Shown: positions 50,301 to 63,864, counted from the stretch's first letter. The stretch: 64,000 nucleotides of DNA from Lama glama (GCA_028534125.1 CM052816.1:99636001-99700000); one strand, 5' to 3'. The notes: generated by a model not told the origin, from the sequence alone. Program-made: numbers and translations.

Positions 50301-52331
50301 TGACTGAGAGCATCTGTATTATTAATTTAATCATTTTAAAATCCAGAAGTTAGGACACACAGGCTTAGACTACAAGTCCAACAGCAGAAGTGTAGCCTAT
50401 TCAAAATTATAATCCGTAGACATCAAATAAAGGCTTGAAAAGAATAATTAAAATATAAATATAATGTGTCGATTAAAGTTATTCAGTCAACTATTAAATC
50501 ACTGAAAATTAAAAAAAATAGGAGTGGGGAGAAGGTAGGGTCGCCAAGAGAGGGGGCCCTGGGGTTTTCATCTTAAGTGTTACAGGAACAGTAGAGACTC
50601 TTCTATATCTTGATAATAAAAAAAAAATTAGCTTGTAGGCATCCTTTAATTTAATAGTTGAAATTGTACCTTTGAAATCACTAGAGGCCAAAACAGCAAA
50701 GAAGGTAGTGTCTAATAAAACTAAAGCATAAGAAAGGGTAATAATTAAAACGATCAGTTATGAAAATAAACACAAAATAATTAACCACATTAAAAAAAAA
50801 ACTCAACTAAAATCTGTTTACAGGTGACAAGCCTAAAGCTAAAAACAGTTGAAGAATTAGAAATAAGTTAAGTATATTAGCAAACAGAGTGGCAATCTCA
50901 ATGCTAAAGTAAAATTCAAACTTCAGAAAGGTAAGTGATACAAAGAAAATAATTTGTATTGATAAAATGTACATATAAAATGGTGATTAACTTCTCACCA
51001 AGCTCTACAGGCCGATGATGTAAAAAAAGGCACGAAGAAAAGTAGTTTGAAATATAGAAAACTACACTTTTATGTATCAATTATTTTATCTTACAAGAAT
51101 TAGATGTGACATAATGCATACACAGCTCTAGATTACAGAAAGAATGGAGAAATAATTAAATTCATTTATTTACTGGGGTGAAATTTGCATAGAGTAAAAT
51201 GAGGAGTTTGTACGTGTACAATTAGATGGTTTTTATGAATGCATAGGTCCATTTAACCCACACCCTAGTTGAGATTTAGAGCAATTCCACGGCCTCAGGA
51301 ATTTTTCTCACGCCCTCCACACACACCACATTCAACCACGTTTCTGATTTGTCAACGTGGATTTGCTTTGTGTGCCCTTAAACGCGATGTGAATGCAAAC
51401 ATGGCGTGTGCTCAGTTATACCCACCTGCTTTCACTCAGCGTGAAGTTTGTGAGGTCTATCCATACTGAAATGTGTATTAAGAGCTTTAACTTTTCATTA
51501 CTAAGACCTGTAAGTGTTGCGTACATATCGCAAATCTGTGTCCATTCTCCTTTTGGTAATTACTTGAGTTATTTCCAGTATTGGATTATTATACATAAAG
51601 CCAAAATAAACATGCTTGCGCGAGTTCTTTGGTGACACATGCTTTCATTTCTCTTGGGTAAATACAGCAGGATGGAACTGTTGGTTCATAGGATAGTTGT
51701 GAGTTTAACTTTATTGGCAGTTGCCAAACCTTATGCCAAAGTACTTGAATATACACTAGAGGTCCATTTGCAAAGTGTGATGTTGAGCATGGTTTTATCA
51801 GCTTATTGGACATTTTATCTATGTTTCTTGTTAAGGGAATGTTTGAGTCATATATCTACATTTAATTGAGTTGTTTGTTTTTCACAATTGGTTTATAAAA
51901 CATCATTATATAATATGAGTATATGAATTGTAAGTATTTTGCATTTGTGACTGGATATTTCATTCCTTCAAAAGTATCTTCTGACAAAAACAAATGTTTA
52001 AATCTGATGAAGTTCAATTTATCAATTTACTTTTCTTTTGTGGTTAGTTATTTTGTTTTCTAAGAAATATTTGCCTACCTCAAGGTTGTGAAAATATTAT
52101 CATATATATTTAATCTAAAAGCTTTATAGTTTTACATTATGTTCAGGTTTATGACCCATATCAAATTATTGTTTTGTGTAAGGTGTAAGATCAGTGTGAC
52201 AGAGTTTTATTTTTTATGTATATTTATCCAGTTTTCTTGTGTTTTCTACCAGAAAATTTACTGATTTAGATTATGCATGTGAATCTATATTTTGTGGAAA
52301 GATTATACGGATGTGTTAGGTAAGAATTGAT

Positions 52332-52336
<5 letters not shown>

Positions 52337-52369
<33 letters not shown>
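52337..52369. repeat. (GT)n microsatellite
   Basis: Read directly. Confidence 0.97.
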
Positions 52370-52373
<4 letters not shown>

Positions 52374-53024
52374 GAATACAGAGCTTCTCCAGCATTGTTT
52401 AATGAAAAAATTCTTGTCTCATTGAAATATCTGATGCGTTTGACCATACGTGTGCGTGTTAATTTCTGGCCTGTCTTTTCTCTTTCATTAACCCAAGCAT
52501 CTGTTCTTACACCGGTCACGCTTGATTGTAGTATTTTATACTCAGTCATGAAATTAAATAGTCTAAGTCTTCCAATAATGTTCTTCATGTTTTAAAAGTT
52601 CTGGCTATTACTATTATTTTTTTAGAGTTTTCCTTTTTATATATACAACACATAATCTATTAAATTTGAGGACATAGTACCAAAAAAAAAAAAGACTTCA
52701 ACTCATTTATCTGACAATGCTGTTTATACTCATGAAGCTATTTTTGTTGTTTTGTTTCCTAATAACAGTCATTTGCATTTTCATTAAATTTTTAAAATCA
52801 AATTTCCATAAAATTCTGAGGAGATTCTCATTTTAAAGTCATAGAAATTACTGGTTTTGATCTTAAAAATATTGAGCTTTCTGATCCATGAACATGGTAT
52901 GTCATTCTGTCTATTTAGATCTTCTTTACTTTCTCTGAATAATATTTTAAAATTTTCAGTGTACAGACCTAAGGATATCATATTCTGAAGCTGCTATAAG
53001 CGGTATTGCATTCTAATTTTATGT

Positions 53025-53195
53025 CTTTTGTTGTTAAAGCATAGGTGACTTACAATATCATATTAATTCCAGGTGTACAACATAGCATTTCAATATTTTA
53101 TGTTATACTCCATTTAAATTGATTATAAATATTGGCTGTATTCTCTGTGCTGTACAATATATCCTTGCATCTTATTTATTTCATATCTAATAGTT
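53025..53195 (-). mobile_element. Younger L1 3' terminus inserted into the ancient L1
   Basis: gacttacaatatcatattaattccaggtgtacaacatag...tataaatattggctgtattctctgtgctgtacaatatatccttg; 'taatttt' is present on both flanks. Confidence 0.75.
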
Positions 53196-56100
53196 AATTT
53201 TCTTTCTAAATATTCACTGCCAGTACAAAAAGAAATAAGTAATTTTTGTTTGTTGACCTTGTATTCTAGTGTCTTAATTCATTCATTAGTTCAAGTAACG
53301 TTTATATACATTCCTTAGGATTTTTAAATGTTTATAATAATGTCTACAAATAGAGGGGGTTTTTTACTATTTAATCTACATTAATGGCCATCTTTCCAAT
53401 TCCCTACAAAAATAATATTAAATATTTGTGTTATAACTTTCTTCAGTGATTGAAAGAATTCTGAGAAAGCCATTTGAATCAGGAATTTTACTTGGGGTTT
53501 TTTTTGTATGTTAGTTTATATAGTCAATTTCATATATATACAGAATTATTTAGATTATTTCTTCTTGAATCCATTTCAGTAAATTATATTGTACAAGAAA
53601 TATCTCTATGCTTTCTGAGTTGTAAAATTCATCGGCAACAATTATTTGTTGTATTATCTTTTGAATAGTTGTACAGTCTGCAGTCTGTCTAATTTATAAT
53701 ATTTTAATTCATTATATATGTCTCTACCTGTCTTGTTAAATGCTTATCATTTTAATAATAATTTCAAAAAAACTTTTGCTTTCATCAAATTCTTCTGTAG
53801 GTTTGCTACATATTTTAATAATTTCTGCTGTTACATTTCTGATTTACTTCCTTCTTTTTAGTTATGATTCATTCTTTGACCTACTTTTTCATCTTTTCAA
53901 AAATAAGCATAATAAACAGTTCTCCTTAACATAAACACTTTGATATATAGATTTCCCTCTAAACACTGCTCTAGCTGAATCCCACAAATTTTGATATATT
54001 GTATTATTATTATTATCATTTTGTTTGAAATATTTCTTAATTTCTTCTGTGATTTTTTCTTCATCTAATGTGTTATTGAGAACATTGTAGATATTTTATT
54101 GTTAATGCTTTAATTACTTTATGGCCAAATATATGATTTATCTTGATGATTTCCTGTACATTTAAGAAGAATGTGTATTTGGCCATTATTGGATACAATG
54201 TCCTAAGTGTGTCACTCAAAGCTAGACGGCTGCCAGTGTTGTTCAGTATCTACATACTTACTGGCAGTTTGTCTAGTGATTCTATGAAGTGCTGAGCACA
54301 GGGTGTTACATTTCCATCTATGACTGTAAATCAGCTATAGTCTCCAGCATTTCCATTACTGTTTGCTTCATGTCCACCCGAGCTTGCTGTTATGCATGTA
54401 TGTATTTACAGCTGTTACATCGGGAAAATAATTTGGTGCATTTACTATTGTGGAATGCCCCTTTTTACCTCTGGTAATAGTTTTTGCCTTCAAGTTAAAT
54501 TTTTCTGATACTAAATATATCCACAGTGGCATTCTTATGCTCACAATTTAGCAGCTATATATATTTTTTCAAATTTTAACCTTAGTATTCTTAAGGTATC
54601 TTAGCCCTTGCATTTAAAGTGCATTATTTTAGACAGCAGACACCTGGGCTCTGATATTTTTTAGTTGTATTTGACTGCCTCTGCCTTTAGTTGTAATGCT
54701 CATTCTTTTTATAATAAAATTTTTGATACGGTTTATTTTATTTCTACTATTTCTTGCTACTGGCTTTCTAGTTGTCTCATCTGATTTTTCCTCTCATTTC
54801 TGAATTCCCTTGGATCATTGTGACATTTATAAGTGCTCTATTTTAATTCCTCTGTTGGATATGCAGCTACACATAGTCATAGTTTCTGACTGCTTTTGGA
54901 ATTAGTATGTACATTCTCAGCTTACCACGTCCTACATGGAGACGACATGTGCTGATTCAAGTGAAACATAAGAAATTCTCAAATGTAAAATAACTTTTAT
55001 TCTTGTCTTTTAGACTAATGTTATTTATTTTACAAGTGCATTCATTAATAAATAGAATTTTTTTTGGTCTTACAATTTATCTTCAAATATTTTTTTAAAG
55101 ATGGTCTTTTATGTTCACCCACAAAATGACTGCTTATTGTGCTCTTTTCCATCTGTTTTCATTTTCCTTTAGCATAAATAATGTCCTCAGCATCTTTGTA
55201 GTGCAGATCCACTGGCTCCATAATCTCTCTGCTATTGCTCCTGTGAAAACTTGTCTTTTACCCCTATTTATAAAGGAGATTTTGACTGGGTATTTTTTTC
55301 TTTTCCTTTCAGCACTTAAAAAATTCAACGTATGATTCTGATGTCCATTGTTTTTGATGACAAGTCAGCCATCATTTGTTTGGTTGCTCCTCTGCAGATA
55401 ATGTGTCTTTTCTTTTCTCTCCCTGCTTTTAAGCTGTTTGTTTTACTCTTGTACATAGCAGTTTGAATATTGCATCCCCAGGTTCATTTCCATATCCATA
55501 TGTGCTTATTTTTCTTGGAATTTGTTTATTTCTTGGTTGTCTAGGTTGGTATTTTCCACCCAGTTTGGGATATTTTTGGTCATTGATTTTTTATTTGTTT
55601 TTGTCCCAATTCCTAACTTCTCCCCCTCTGAGTCTAAAATTAAATGTATTATAGAAAAAAAAATTCATAGGCTATTCAGGATCTATTTATTTCTTGTCAG
55701 TATATTTTCTCTCTGCTCTTCATATGTGAAATTTTCTGTTGGTTAATATTCAAATTAACAACCATTTCTTACGTAGACTCTGATGTTCTCTTAAGCCCAT
55801 TCAGTGAGCTGTTTAAATAAATTTTTTATTTTTTAATGGTTTTAGTTTTACTAAACAATAACAAGGATAGTACAGTGAGTCTCATATAGCTCACCCCCAG
55901 TTTTCTCCATTATTAAAAACTCCCACTAATTTATCACAATTAATGAGCCAGTATTGATGTATTATTGTTGACTAAAGACTATGCTTTATTTAGATGTCCT
56001 TAGTTTTTGCCAGATGGCTTCTTTTGTGTGTGTTCCAGCACCCCACTCAGGATAACAGAATACGTTTAGCGGCTATGTCTCTTCTAGCTGTGACAGTTTC

Positions 56101-57004
56101 TCAGACGTTCCTGGTTTTCGATGTCCTTGCAAGGTTTCAAAAGCACTGATCAGGTATGATATAGAATACCATTTAATAGGTATTGGTGTATTTCTAATTT
56201 TTTTTCTTTCTTTCTGTTTTCTCATGATTAGATGAGGTTATGGGTTGGGCAGAAGAATACAAAAGGTAAATTGACATTCTGCTCACATCATATTAAGGGT
56301 AAATACTATCAACATGACAAAGCTGTTAATGTTAACCTTGACCATCTTGCTGAGGTAGTAGTTCTCTGTTGTTTTTTTTCCAACTATAGAGTCACTGTTT
56401 TTAGCCCCTTTTCATATTATGCCTTTCGGAACAATGTTACAATGTGCAGCTCCTACTTAATAGGTGGGAATTTATGTTCCACCTCCCTCAGGATAGAATG
56501 TTTATGTAAATTATTTGGAATTCTGCACAGAAGATGTTTCTATAATCTCACATTTATTTACTTGCCTTTCATTTTTCATTCATTTATATTAGTTTGGATT
56601 CATGGATACTTATTTTATACTTCGGATTTAATACAATACTGCTATATTTCCTTTGTTGCTTAATTTTTTTTTCCAAATTTGATTACTGGGGCCTGCAGGA
56701 GGCTCTGTGTCCCTTTGACATACCTCTATCAGTGCAGACTCTTTTCCTTTGAGCAGTTCCTTATTTTTTGCACTACAAGATGTAAGGTAGATATAAGATA
56801 GTCAGACTTCGTTTTGTCTGTTTCCTGCCTCAGTCCCAGCATCAGCTCTTCTCCAAATTTCCCTGATTCTTTTTCTTAGAGGATTGCATTAGAAACCAAG
56901 GTTAGCCAGGTTACCTGTTTTTGTTGATGCTGGGGTGTCATTGTTTCCAGGTCCTCTCAGCAAGGAAGTGTATGAGTGGATTCCAACCTATGCATAAATA
57001 CATA

Positions 57005-57040
<36 letters not shown>

Positions 57041-57045
57041 TCTAT
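57005..57045. repeat. Compound (TCTG)n(TCTA)n microsatellite
   Basis: Read directly. Confidence 0.9.
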
Positions 57046-57554
57046 GTGACACTACCTGTTTCTACACCAAGTTAAATATGGGTTCATACTGATGTCTCCC
57101 ACTCTAAGCTATTACCACATGGAGAGTTTTAGCCTTCTCCTTTGCTTGTCTGTTACTTCCCACTCCAACAGTAAGAAAACTGGCTCTCACCATCCACATC
57201 CACTTATGTAATTATTCAATACTAGTGTACATGTATAGTTTTTCCAGAATTGTTAGCATATATCCCTGTGGAAAACAACTTTATCAACTAGAGTACAGTG
57301 CTTCTGTGCAGTTCCTTTTTTTAACAAATCCCACTTATTCAAAAAGACGCATGTGTAGGTCAACACCTTCTCACTCCTCCCCCTTCAGTGATGTGGTTCA
57401 TATGATTGTAATACAGCTGTAACATTATGCATTCAGACAAGGGATTTCTCAGCCTCCTAAATGAACTTTTCAATTTTGCACACATTAATGTTTACTCATT
57501 GTGATCTAGAACTCTGTGGATTTTAACAAATAAACAGTGAATGTACCCACCATA

Positions 57555-57696
57555 ACAATTTCATGGTGAAAAAAAAGAAAAAGAATATGAAAATGAATAT
57601 ATGTACATTCATGTATAACTGAAAAACTGTGCTGTACACCAGAAATTAACACAACATTGTAAACAGACTGTAACTTAATAGAAAAAGAAAAAAAGG
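57555..57696 (+). mobile_element. Camelid-type L1 3' terminus nested in L1MC, with a 19-bp target-site duplication
   Basis: aagaatatgaaaatgaatatatg...tgtgctgtacaccagaaattaacacaacattgtaaac plus A tail. Flanks are agtgaatgtacccaccata (57536-57554) and agtgaatgcatccaccata (57697-57715), 17/19 identical. Confidence 0.9.
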
Positions 57697-58326
57697 AGTG
57701 AATGCATCCACCATACAGAACAGTTTCACTGCCCTGAAATATCCCCTTTGCTTTACCTACTCAAGCCCTGGGGTTCTTGACCCCTGATGCCTAGATGACG
57801 TCTGCAGTAGACACACCCTCGTCCAGAACGCCTCACGAAGAGTGTAGCCTTTCCCAGCCGGCACATCCATGTAGCAATGTGCAGGGAAGTGCACTTCAGA
57901 TTTCTCCATGCTTTGTGAGGCCTGTTGGCTCCTTTTTATCAGTGAATATTTCATTAAATGTGTGTAGCACAAACTGTTGATCCATTCTATTGAAAGACAA
58001 CTTAATTCCTGTCAGTTTTTTGACAATTATGAATAAAGCTCCTATAAATATCTGTATGCTGTTTCTTCTATGATACAGAATTTTAGATTGGAATAATCAA
58101 AGAAGAACACTAAGATTTATGTTGGAGAATCTTACTGAGTTATGAATTGGCAAAAACTGTTTAAAAAATATAAATGTCTGGTAGTGGAGATTAGCTAAAG
58201 AGAGTCCATTCAAATAGTAGAATAATAAAAGATAAATACATTTATAAATACAATAATATTAAATAAATAAACTATATTTAAAATACTTGGTATCAAACAC
58301 TAAGTTTAAAATGCAAAGTATAAATG

Positions 58327-59660
58327 TGTTTTTTAATTAAAGTACAGTTTATAATATTGTGTTCATTTCTGGTATACAGCACAATGCTTCAGTCATACAT
58401 GAATATACATATATTCATTTTCATATTCTTTTTCACCATAAGCTACTACAATATATTGAATATAGTTCCCTGTGCTATACAGTATAAACTTGTTTATCTA
58501 TTTTATATATACCAGTCAGTATCTGCAAATCTCGAACTCCCAATTTATCCCTTCCCACCCTCTTCCCCACTGGTAACCATAGTTTATTTTCTGTGTCTGT
58601 GAGTCTGTTTCTGTTTTATAAATAAGATTGATTGTCTTTTTTTTTGTTTTTTTTTGTTTTTTTTAGATGACATATATATATGTCGTCTGTTGATGGACAT
58701 TTAGTTTGTTTCCATGTCTTGGCTATTGTAAATAGTGCTGCTATGAACATTGGGATGCAGGTGTCTTTTTGAATTAAGGTTCCCTCTGGATATATGCCCA
58801 GGAATGGAATTGCTGGATCATTTGGTAAGTCTATTTTCAGTCTTTTGAAGAATTTCCATACTGTTCTCCTTAATGGCTGCATCAAACTACATTCCTACCA
58901 ATAATTTAGGAGGGTTCCCTTTTTTCCACACCCTCTCCAGAATTTATTGTTTGTGGGCTTTTGAATGATGGCCATTCTGACTGGTGTGAGGTGATACCTC
59001 ATTGTAGTTTTGATTTGCATTTCTCTGATAATTAGGAACATTGAGCATTTTTCATGTGCCTATTGGCCATTAGTATGTCTTCACTGGAGAATTGCTTGTT
59101 TAGGTCTTCTGCTTATTTTTGGATTGGGTTGTTTGTTTTTTTCTTATTAAGTTGTATGAGCTACAGTAATCAAAACAGCATGGTATTGGTACAAAAACAG
59201 ACATATAGATCAATGGAACAGAATACAGAGCCAAGAAATGAACCTGCAAATTTTTGGTCAATTAATCTTTGACAAAGGAGTCAAGAACATCAGCAAGTGG
59301 TGCTGGGAAAGCTGAACAGCAGCCTGTGAATCAATGAAGCTAGAACACTCCCTCACACCACACACAAAAATCAACTCAAAGTGCCTTAAAGACTTAAACA
59401 TAAGACAAGACACAATAAATCTTCTGGAAGAAAACATAGGCAAAACATTATCTCACATACATCTCAGCAGTGTTCTTCTAGGACAGTCTACCCAGGCAAT
59501 AGAAATAAAAGCAAAAATAAACAAATGGGACCTAATTAAATTTGCAAGCTTCTGCACAGCAAAGGAAACCATAAACAAAACAAAAAGACAACCTACAGAA
59601 TGGGAGAAAATATTTGCAAAAGATGCGACTGACAAGAGCTTAATTTCCAGAATATATAAG
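58327..59660 (-). mobile_element. Camelid-type L1 with 5' inversion (58327-59162 antisense; 59159-59660 sense ORF2 segment)
   Basis: ORF 58616..58885(-) reads [31 protein letters not shown] and ORF 59334..59699(+) reads LTPHTKINSKCLKDLNIRQDTINLLEENIG...KWDLIKFASFCTAKET; both are L1 ORF2p pieces on opposite strands. Confidence 0.95.
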
Positions 59661-61326
59661 TCTATTTTTTATAATAAGAATTTCAGTAAATATTTATAAA
59701 CACACATTTATATGATGCTTTTCTAATATTACCCATCACAAAGAATCATTGCATAGGTTTCATGAGATGATGTGGGCAAACAATTTAATACACAAGATGC
59801 TTCAATCACTCTTTAGATGTTGGCTCTTTTCATTATTGAAGAAAACAAATGAAAAGGAATGCATTAAAATATAAAATGAATTGTAAAGCTAGTCTTTTTC
59901 AAGATTTTTTTACAAAGTAAATTATTTTGTAATCAATTTAGAAATATTTTAAGGCAAAATTATAAACAGGATTATGCAGTACAGTGAAATCCTATTAACA
60001 TAAAAGCAACATAAAATGCTCTTATTGTATTCATTAGCAAATGCAGAGAGCTTCAAGCAAGTTTCATCCTTTAAAAAATTGTTTTTTACAGATATTACTT
60101 AGAAATAAGGATACTAAATTGTTCAAATGAAAAACATATTCTTCTGAATGTACAACAATGTGTGAAAGAATATGTTTTTGTCCAAAACATTTCCTTCTGT
60201 TTTTTCATTTTCTGAGATAATTGAGAAGTAAAAATTTCTCTTTCAAAGCTGTTTCATTGACTTTCTTGAGGACTTCATTCCAAACTGAATTCACTGTTGA
60301 TTTGAATGTTCTGAATTTCAGTTAACTCATTTACAAATCACACATAGCAGGCTTACATTTTCATCTTTACTATGATAGAGTTAAAATATTAACATGACCA
60401 TTATACCAGCTCATGAGAAAAAATATTACAAATCAATTTCAATTTTTTTTTTCTTTTCTATTTGGCTACTAGTTTTTCTAAGTATATTTGGTCTTAAATC
60501 ACTTTATACTGTAATTTGCATTGTGTATAAAATCTAAACTTTAAAAAATTTAAATGTATGGGGCAGTTCTAGAGATATCTTAACTGTAAGATTCTAACTA
60601 CATTAAAGTGTCACACAGTTGACCACATCATGTCTGTGCAGTGGAGTAACATCCACCAAGGAGAAAGCAAGGGTTTAAAGAAAGTTTGATTGTAGGAGGT
60701 GATTTTGATTTAAATTGTATTTGGTCTTCCAAAGGATGTTTGATCTTTGAGTAGGTGTATCATGTAGTTGTCCCAACTGATTTTCCTGAAGGCTTGAACC
60801 GTGCCTCTTCCAACATGGCATCTCTGGGTACCAGCAAGAGGCTCACCTCACAAACTGAAGAATGAAAGAAGAGATGTCACTACACCTCAACCAGAATATG
60901 CCTCCTCTCTCACTTGCTCCTGAAGACTCAAAGGACTCATACCATATTTTCCTCACTTTATTTGGAGAGCATACTGCCTTCTTGTAGAATCCTCCTATTT
61001 CACAGCCTCAGAGTTGTTTCAGAAGGAAAATATGAAAGCAGTAATTTGGGACCCTTAAAGACAGTCCAGCTGTGATTTTGTTCTACCTCAAAGCAGAAGA
61101 TCGGCCCTTGGATCCATCTTACTGGATGTCATTGTACAGGTCCACGTCTGCCTGTGGTACATGGAGGCAGGTCAGGGCCAAAGTATGCATCATCCTGAGA
61201 CTGCACCAGAAGACCCTACAGGGTTGTTCTCTGAAGCAACTTGCCTGAATACTACGGTTAAGTATCAGGCTCCGAAGTATGGGGTGCTCTGTCCCCAGCC
61301 TCCCCAGCTTGTCTGAAGGCCTAGAC

Positions 61327-61778
61327 CAGTGGTTCTCAACTGGGGGCCATTGAGATCCACTGGGACCCCTTGGCAATGGCTGGAGACATTTATGAGAGTC
61401 ACGACTGGAGTGGACACTGTCAATGGCATCTGGAGGTTGGAGGTCAGGAATGCTGCTAAACATCTCACAATGCACATTACAACCCTGCAGCAAAGAAGTA
61501 TCCAAAGGGGAAAGATGGGAAATGGATAAATTAGGGGTTTGGCATTATCACACATTACTGTATATAAAATAGATAAACAACAAAGTCTTACTGTATACCA
61601 CAGGGGACTATATTGAAAAAAGATATGAAAAAGAATATACATCTATACATATAACTGAATCACTGTGCTGTACGCCAGAAACTAACACAATATTGTAAAT
61701 CAACAATACTTCAAAAAATTTTTTTTAAAAAGGATATCTAGTCTAAAATGTCAAGAGTGCTGGGACTGAGAAACCTAG
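61327..61778 (+). mobile_element. MER20 (hAT-Charlie MITE) interrupted by an L1 3' end
   Basis: cagtggttctcaactgggggc...tgctgctaaacatctcacaatgcaca...aaaatgtcaagagtgctgggactgagaaacc. Flanks gcctagac (61319-61326) and gtctatac (61779-61786) fit a decayed 8-bp NTCTAGAN target duplication. Confidence 0.9.
61505..61730 (+). mobile_element. Cetartiodactyl L1 3' terminus inserted in MER20
   Basis: ggataaattaggggtttggcatta...ataactgaatcactgtgctgtacgccagaaactaacacaatattgtaaatcaac. The MER20 'aaagaattatcc' site appears in degenerate form on both sides. Confidence 0.9.
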
Positions 61779-63863
61779 GTCTATACAAATGCAAACCTGC
61801 TTGGAGAACCCATTTTTTCCCTGACAAATAAGCATGAAGATCCTCCCACAGTTTCAAGGAAATACAGCTACAGAGAAAGGGTAATTATTCAATTATGTAT
61901 TGTTTGCCTCAGAGCTTCTAACATCACGTATACACACAGATTTCATCATTAGTGAGGGTAGCCAATATTCATGGAAACTTTCCTCTGTACCATGAGTCCC
62001 TTGATGCAGTTCTTGGCACAGCACTGCAATCCCTTCCAGGGATAAGGACACAGCACTGGGAGGCTCACCAGCTGCTCATCCCAGGGGTCTCAGCAGGGAA
62101 GCAGAGCTTCCACCCTCAGCTCTCCCCGGTACAGTTAGGACCCTTCAACACCTCCAGCACATACACTTGTGGAAATCTGCAGTCAGTGAGATTCCACTTA
62201 GCAAGAAAAGTTCAAAATGTTTAACATTTTGTATCTTATTATTGATCTAAAATCTATTTTACCTTATTGCTGCTTGTCTTTTACGAAAGAATTTGGCATG
62301 CTTCATATAATCTATTGACATTTGTCTATTTGCATATATGTTTTTTTTTCTTCTCCTGGCTCTAATGATTTTCCTCTCAGTTTGCAAATCTGCTCAGTGT
62401 TACTGTTGTTATTGTTGCTCTCCATCAAGGTAATACCTTTTTAAAGTTTTCAAGAGATAGCTTTTTCCAGCTTCCCTAGGTCTGTTTGGGAAAAGCCAAA
62501 TGCACCGTATCTCATACTTTACAAAGAACTAATGATTTCCACTTGAACATGTAAACTCTTCTTTACATAGGGCCAATCTGTAGATTAGTTCAAGAACAGT
62601 GCGATTAATGAGGTAAAGGAGAATCAGTCCTTCCAACTCAATTGTAATGTTTAATACATATTATATTGGATCATATTAAATAAATCATTGTGATTTCATC
62701 TATGAGTAACACTTTCCTTGAAAGTAGGTTCTATGCTTTTAAGACAACTAGATTGCTCCTGGATAAGTTCATCATGATCAGATCTGGTCCCTAAAACTTC
62801 AAAATATATACTTTTATCTCTCTCTTACAACTTTCCCTACAGACTTTAAAAAGTTGTAAAAAGTTGTTTAGCCCTCCGTAGTTGGCTCCTTTCACCTTGG
62901 AAACACAACAGAGTAAAACTGATTCTCAAGAAGCAAACAGTGGCCCCAACTCAAGCTTATCCTCTTCACCTGCACAGATCTGTCCTTGCTACAAGCTTCC
63001 CACAGCCAGGGGATTCTCATGATTCCCTGCCGTGACTCTTATCCTGGCCTTTCCCAGAAGCGGAGTCTTCTCTTGGCTTCCTGATAGAACCCCCTTTCAT
63101 GCCAACACTGCCTCCAGGACCTGTGCCCTGGCATCATCTCTTTCTATCCATCTTTCTCTTTTACAGACTCCTGGCATAGCCATTTTTGAGAGGGAGCTCA
63201 GCATCCTAGCTCTTTCAGGTTCTCTGCCAGGATGTTTCACTTCTTCTTTCTTCCATCTGGCTTGAGTGTTCAGTGCGTGGTTTCTTTCTCAGAGCCTGGT
63301 TGACCTTGCCCTTGCCGAAGCTTACATTTGCCCAACATTTTTTAAAGTTGCCTGTTGTACTTGGATCTGTCTGGTTGCCTCTCTTGACAGCCAAATGACC
63401 AGAGAACAAGTGTTCCCCTGCTGATGCTTCTCCACCCTCCCCAAGCCTATGAAAGATTGGCTCAAAGCGCCAGTACCTGTGAGGCTCATGGCAGGTGGGA
63501 GGTGTGGTATCTTGGTTCTCCATGACACTGAACGTGGGTCTCTGGACTTCAAGTGCAGATGGCATCCAACAGCTACCCCATCTCACCCTGAAGAGGAATT
63601 TATTTTATGGAACACGATTCCACCATTGTTGGACTAAACACAATAAGAATCAGACATCAGGGAATTCTTACCACCTCCGCAGGTGAAAGAAATTCTTCTC
63701 CTTCAAAATGCAAAACAGGTCAACCCCTTGAGAAGCAGAGAGAGGCTGAGCTCACAGATGGGTCCTGTGTCTGTGGAGGGGATGGTTCAGACTCTCAGAA
63801 GCAATGAGGTTGCTCTGTGCCTCAAAGGACCCCACCTTTGTCTGCCCCAGAAAAACCTGTGTG

Positions 63864-63864
<1 letters not shown>

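Larger units (their letters stand above)
51163..55810 (-). mobile_element. Ancient, fragmented L1 (L1M/L1ME-like 3' UTR and ORF2 remnants)
   Basis: T-rich strand with antisense L1 motifs: tttcatttctcttggtaaatac-like at ~51642, tgatgaagttcaatttatcaattt, tgatccatgaacatggtatgtcattctgtctatttagatcttc, tctagctgaatcccacaaattttgatat, tacatttaagaagaatgtgtatt. It may be more than one element. Confidence 0.8.
55820..58075 (-). mobile_element. L1MC (L1MC3/4-like) long 3' UTR
   Basis: ctgtgacagtttctcagacgttcctggttttcgatgtccttg, ctcatgattagatgaggttatgggtt, gttaaccttgaccatcttgctgaggtagt and ccactccaacagtaagaaaactggctctcaccatcc are recalled L1MC 3' UTR hallmarks. Confidence 0.8.

Noticed and set aside
59334..59699. 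121-aa ORF resembling a real protein
   Set aside because: It is a fragment of L1 ORF2p in a truncated, inverted copy, not a host gene.
60205..60300. Minus-strand peptide SVWNEVLKKVNETAL, faintly like hAT/Tip100 transposase
   Set aside because: Too short, quickly hits a stop, and no termini were seen; it would need a TBLASTN/Dfam hit.
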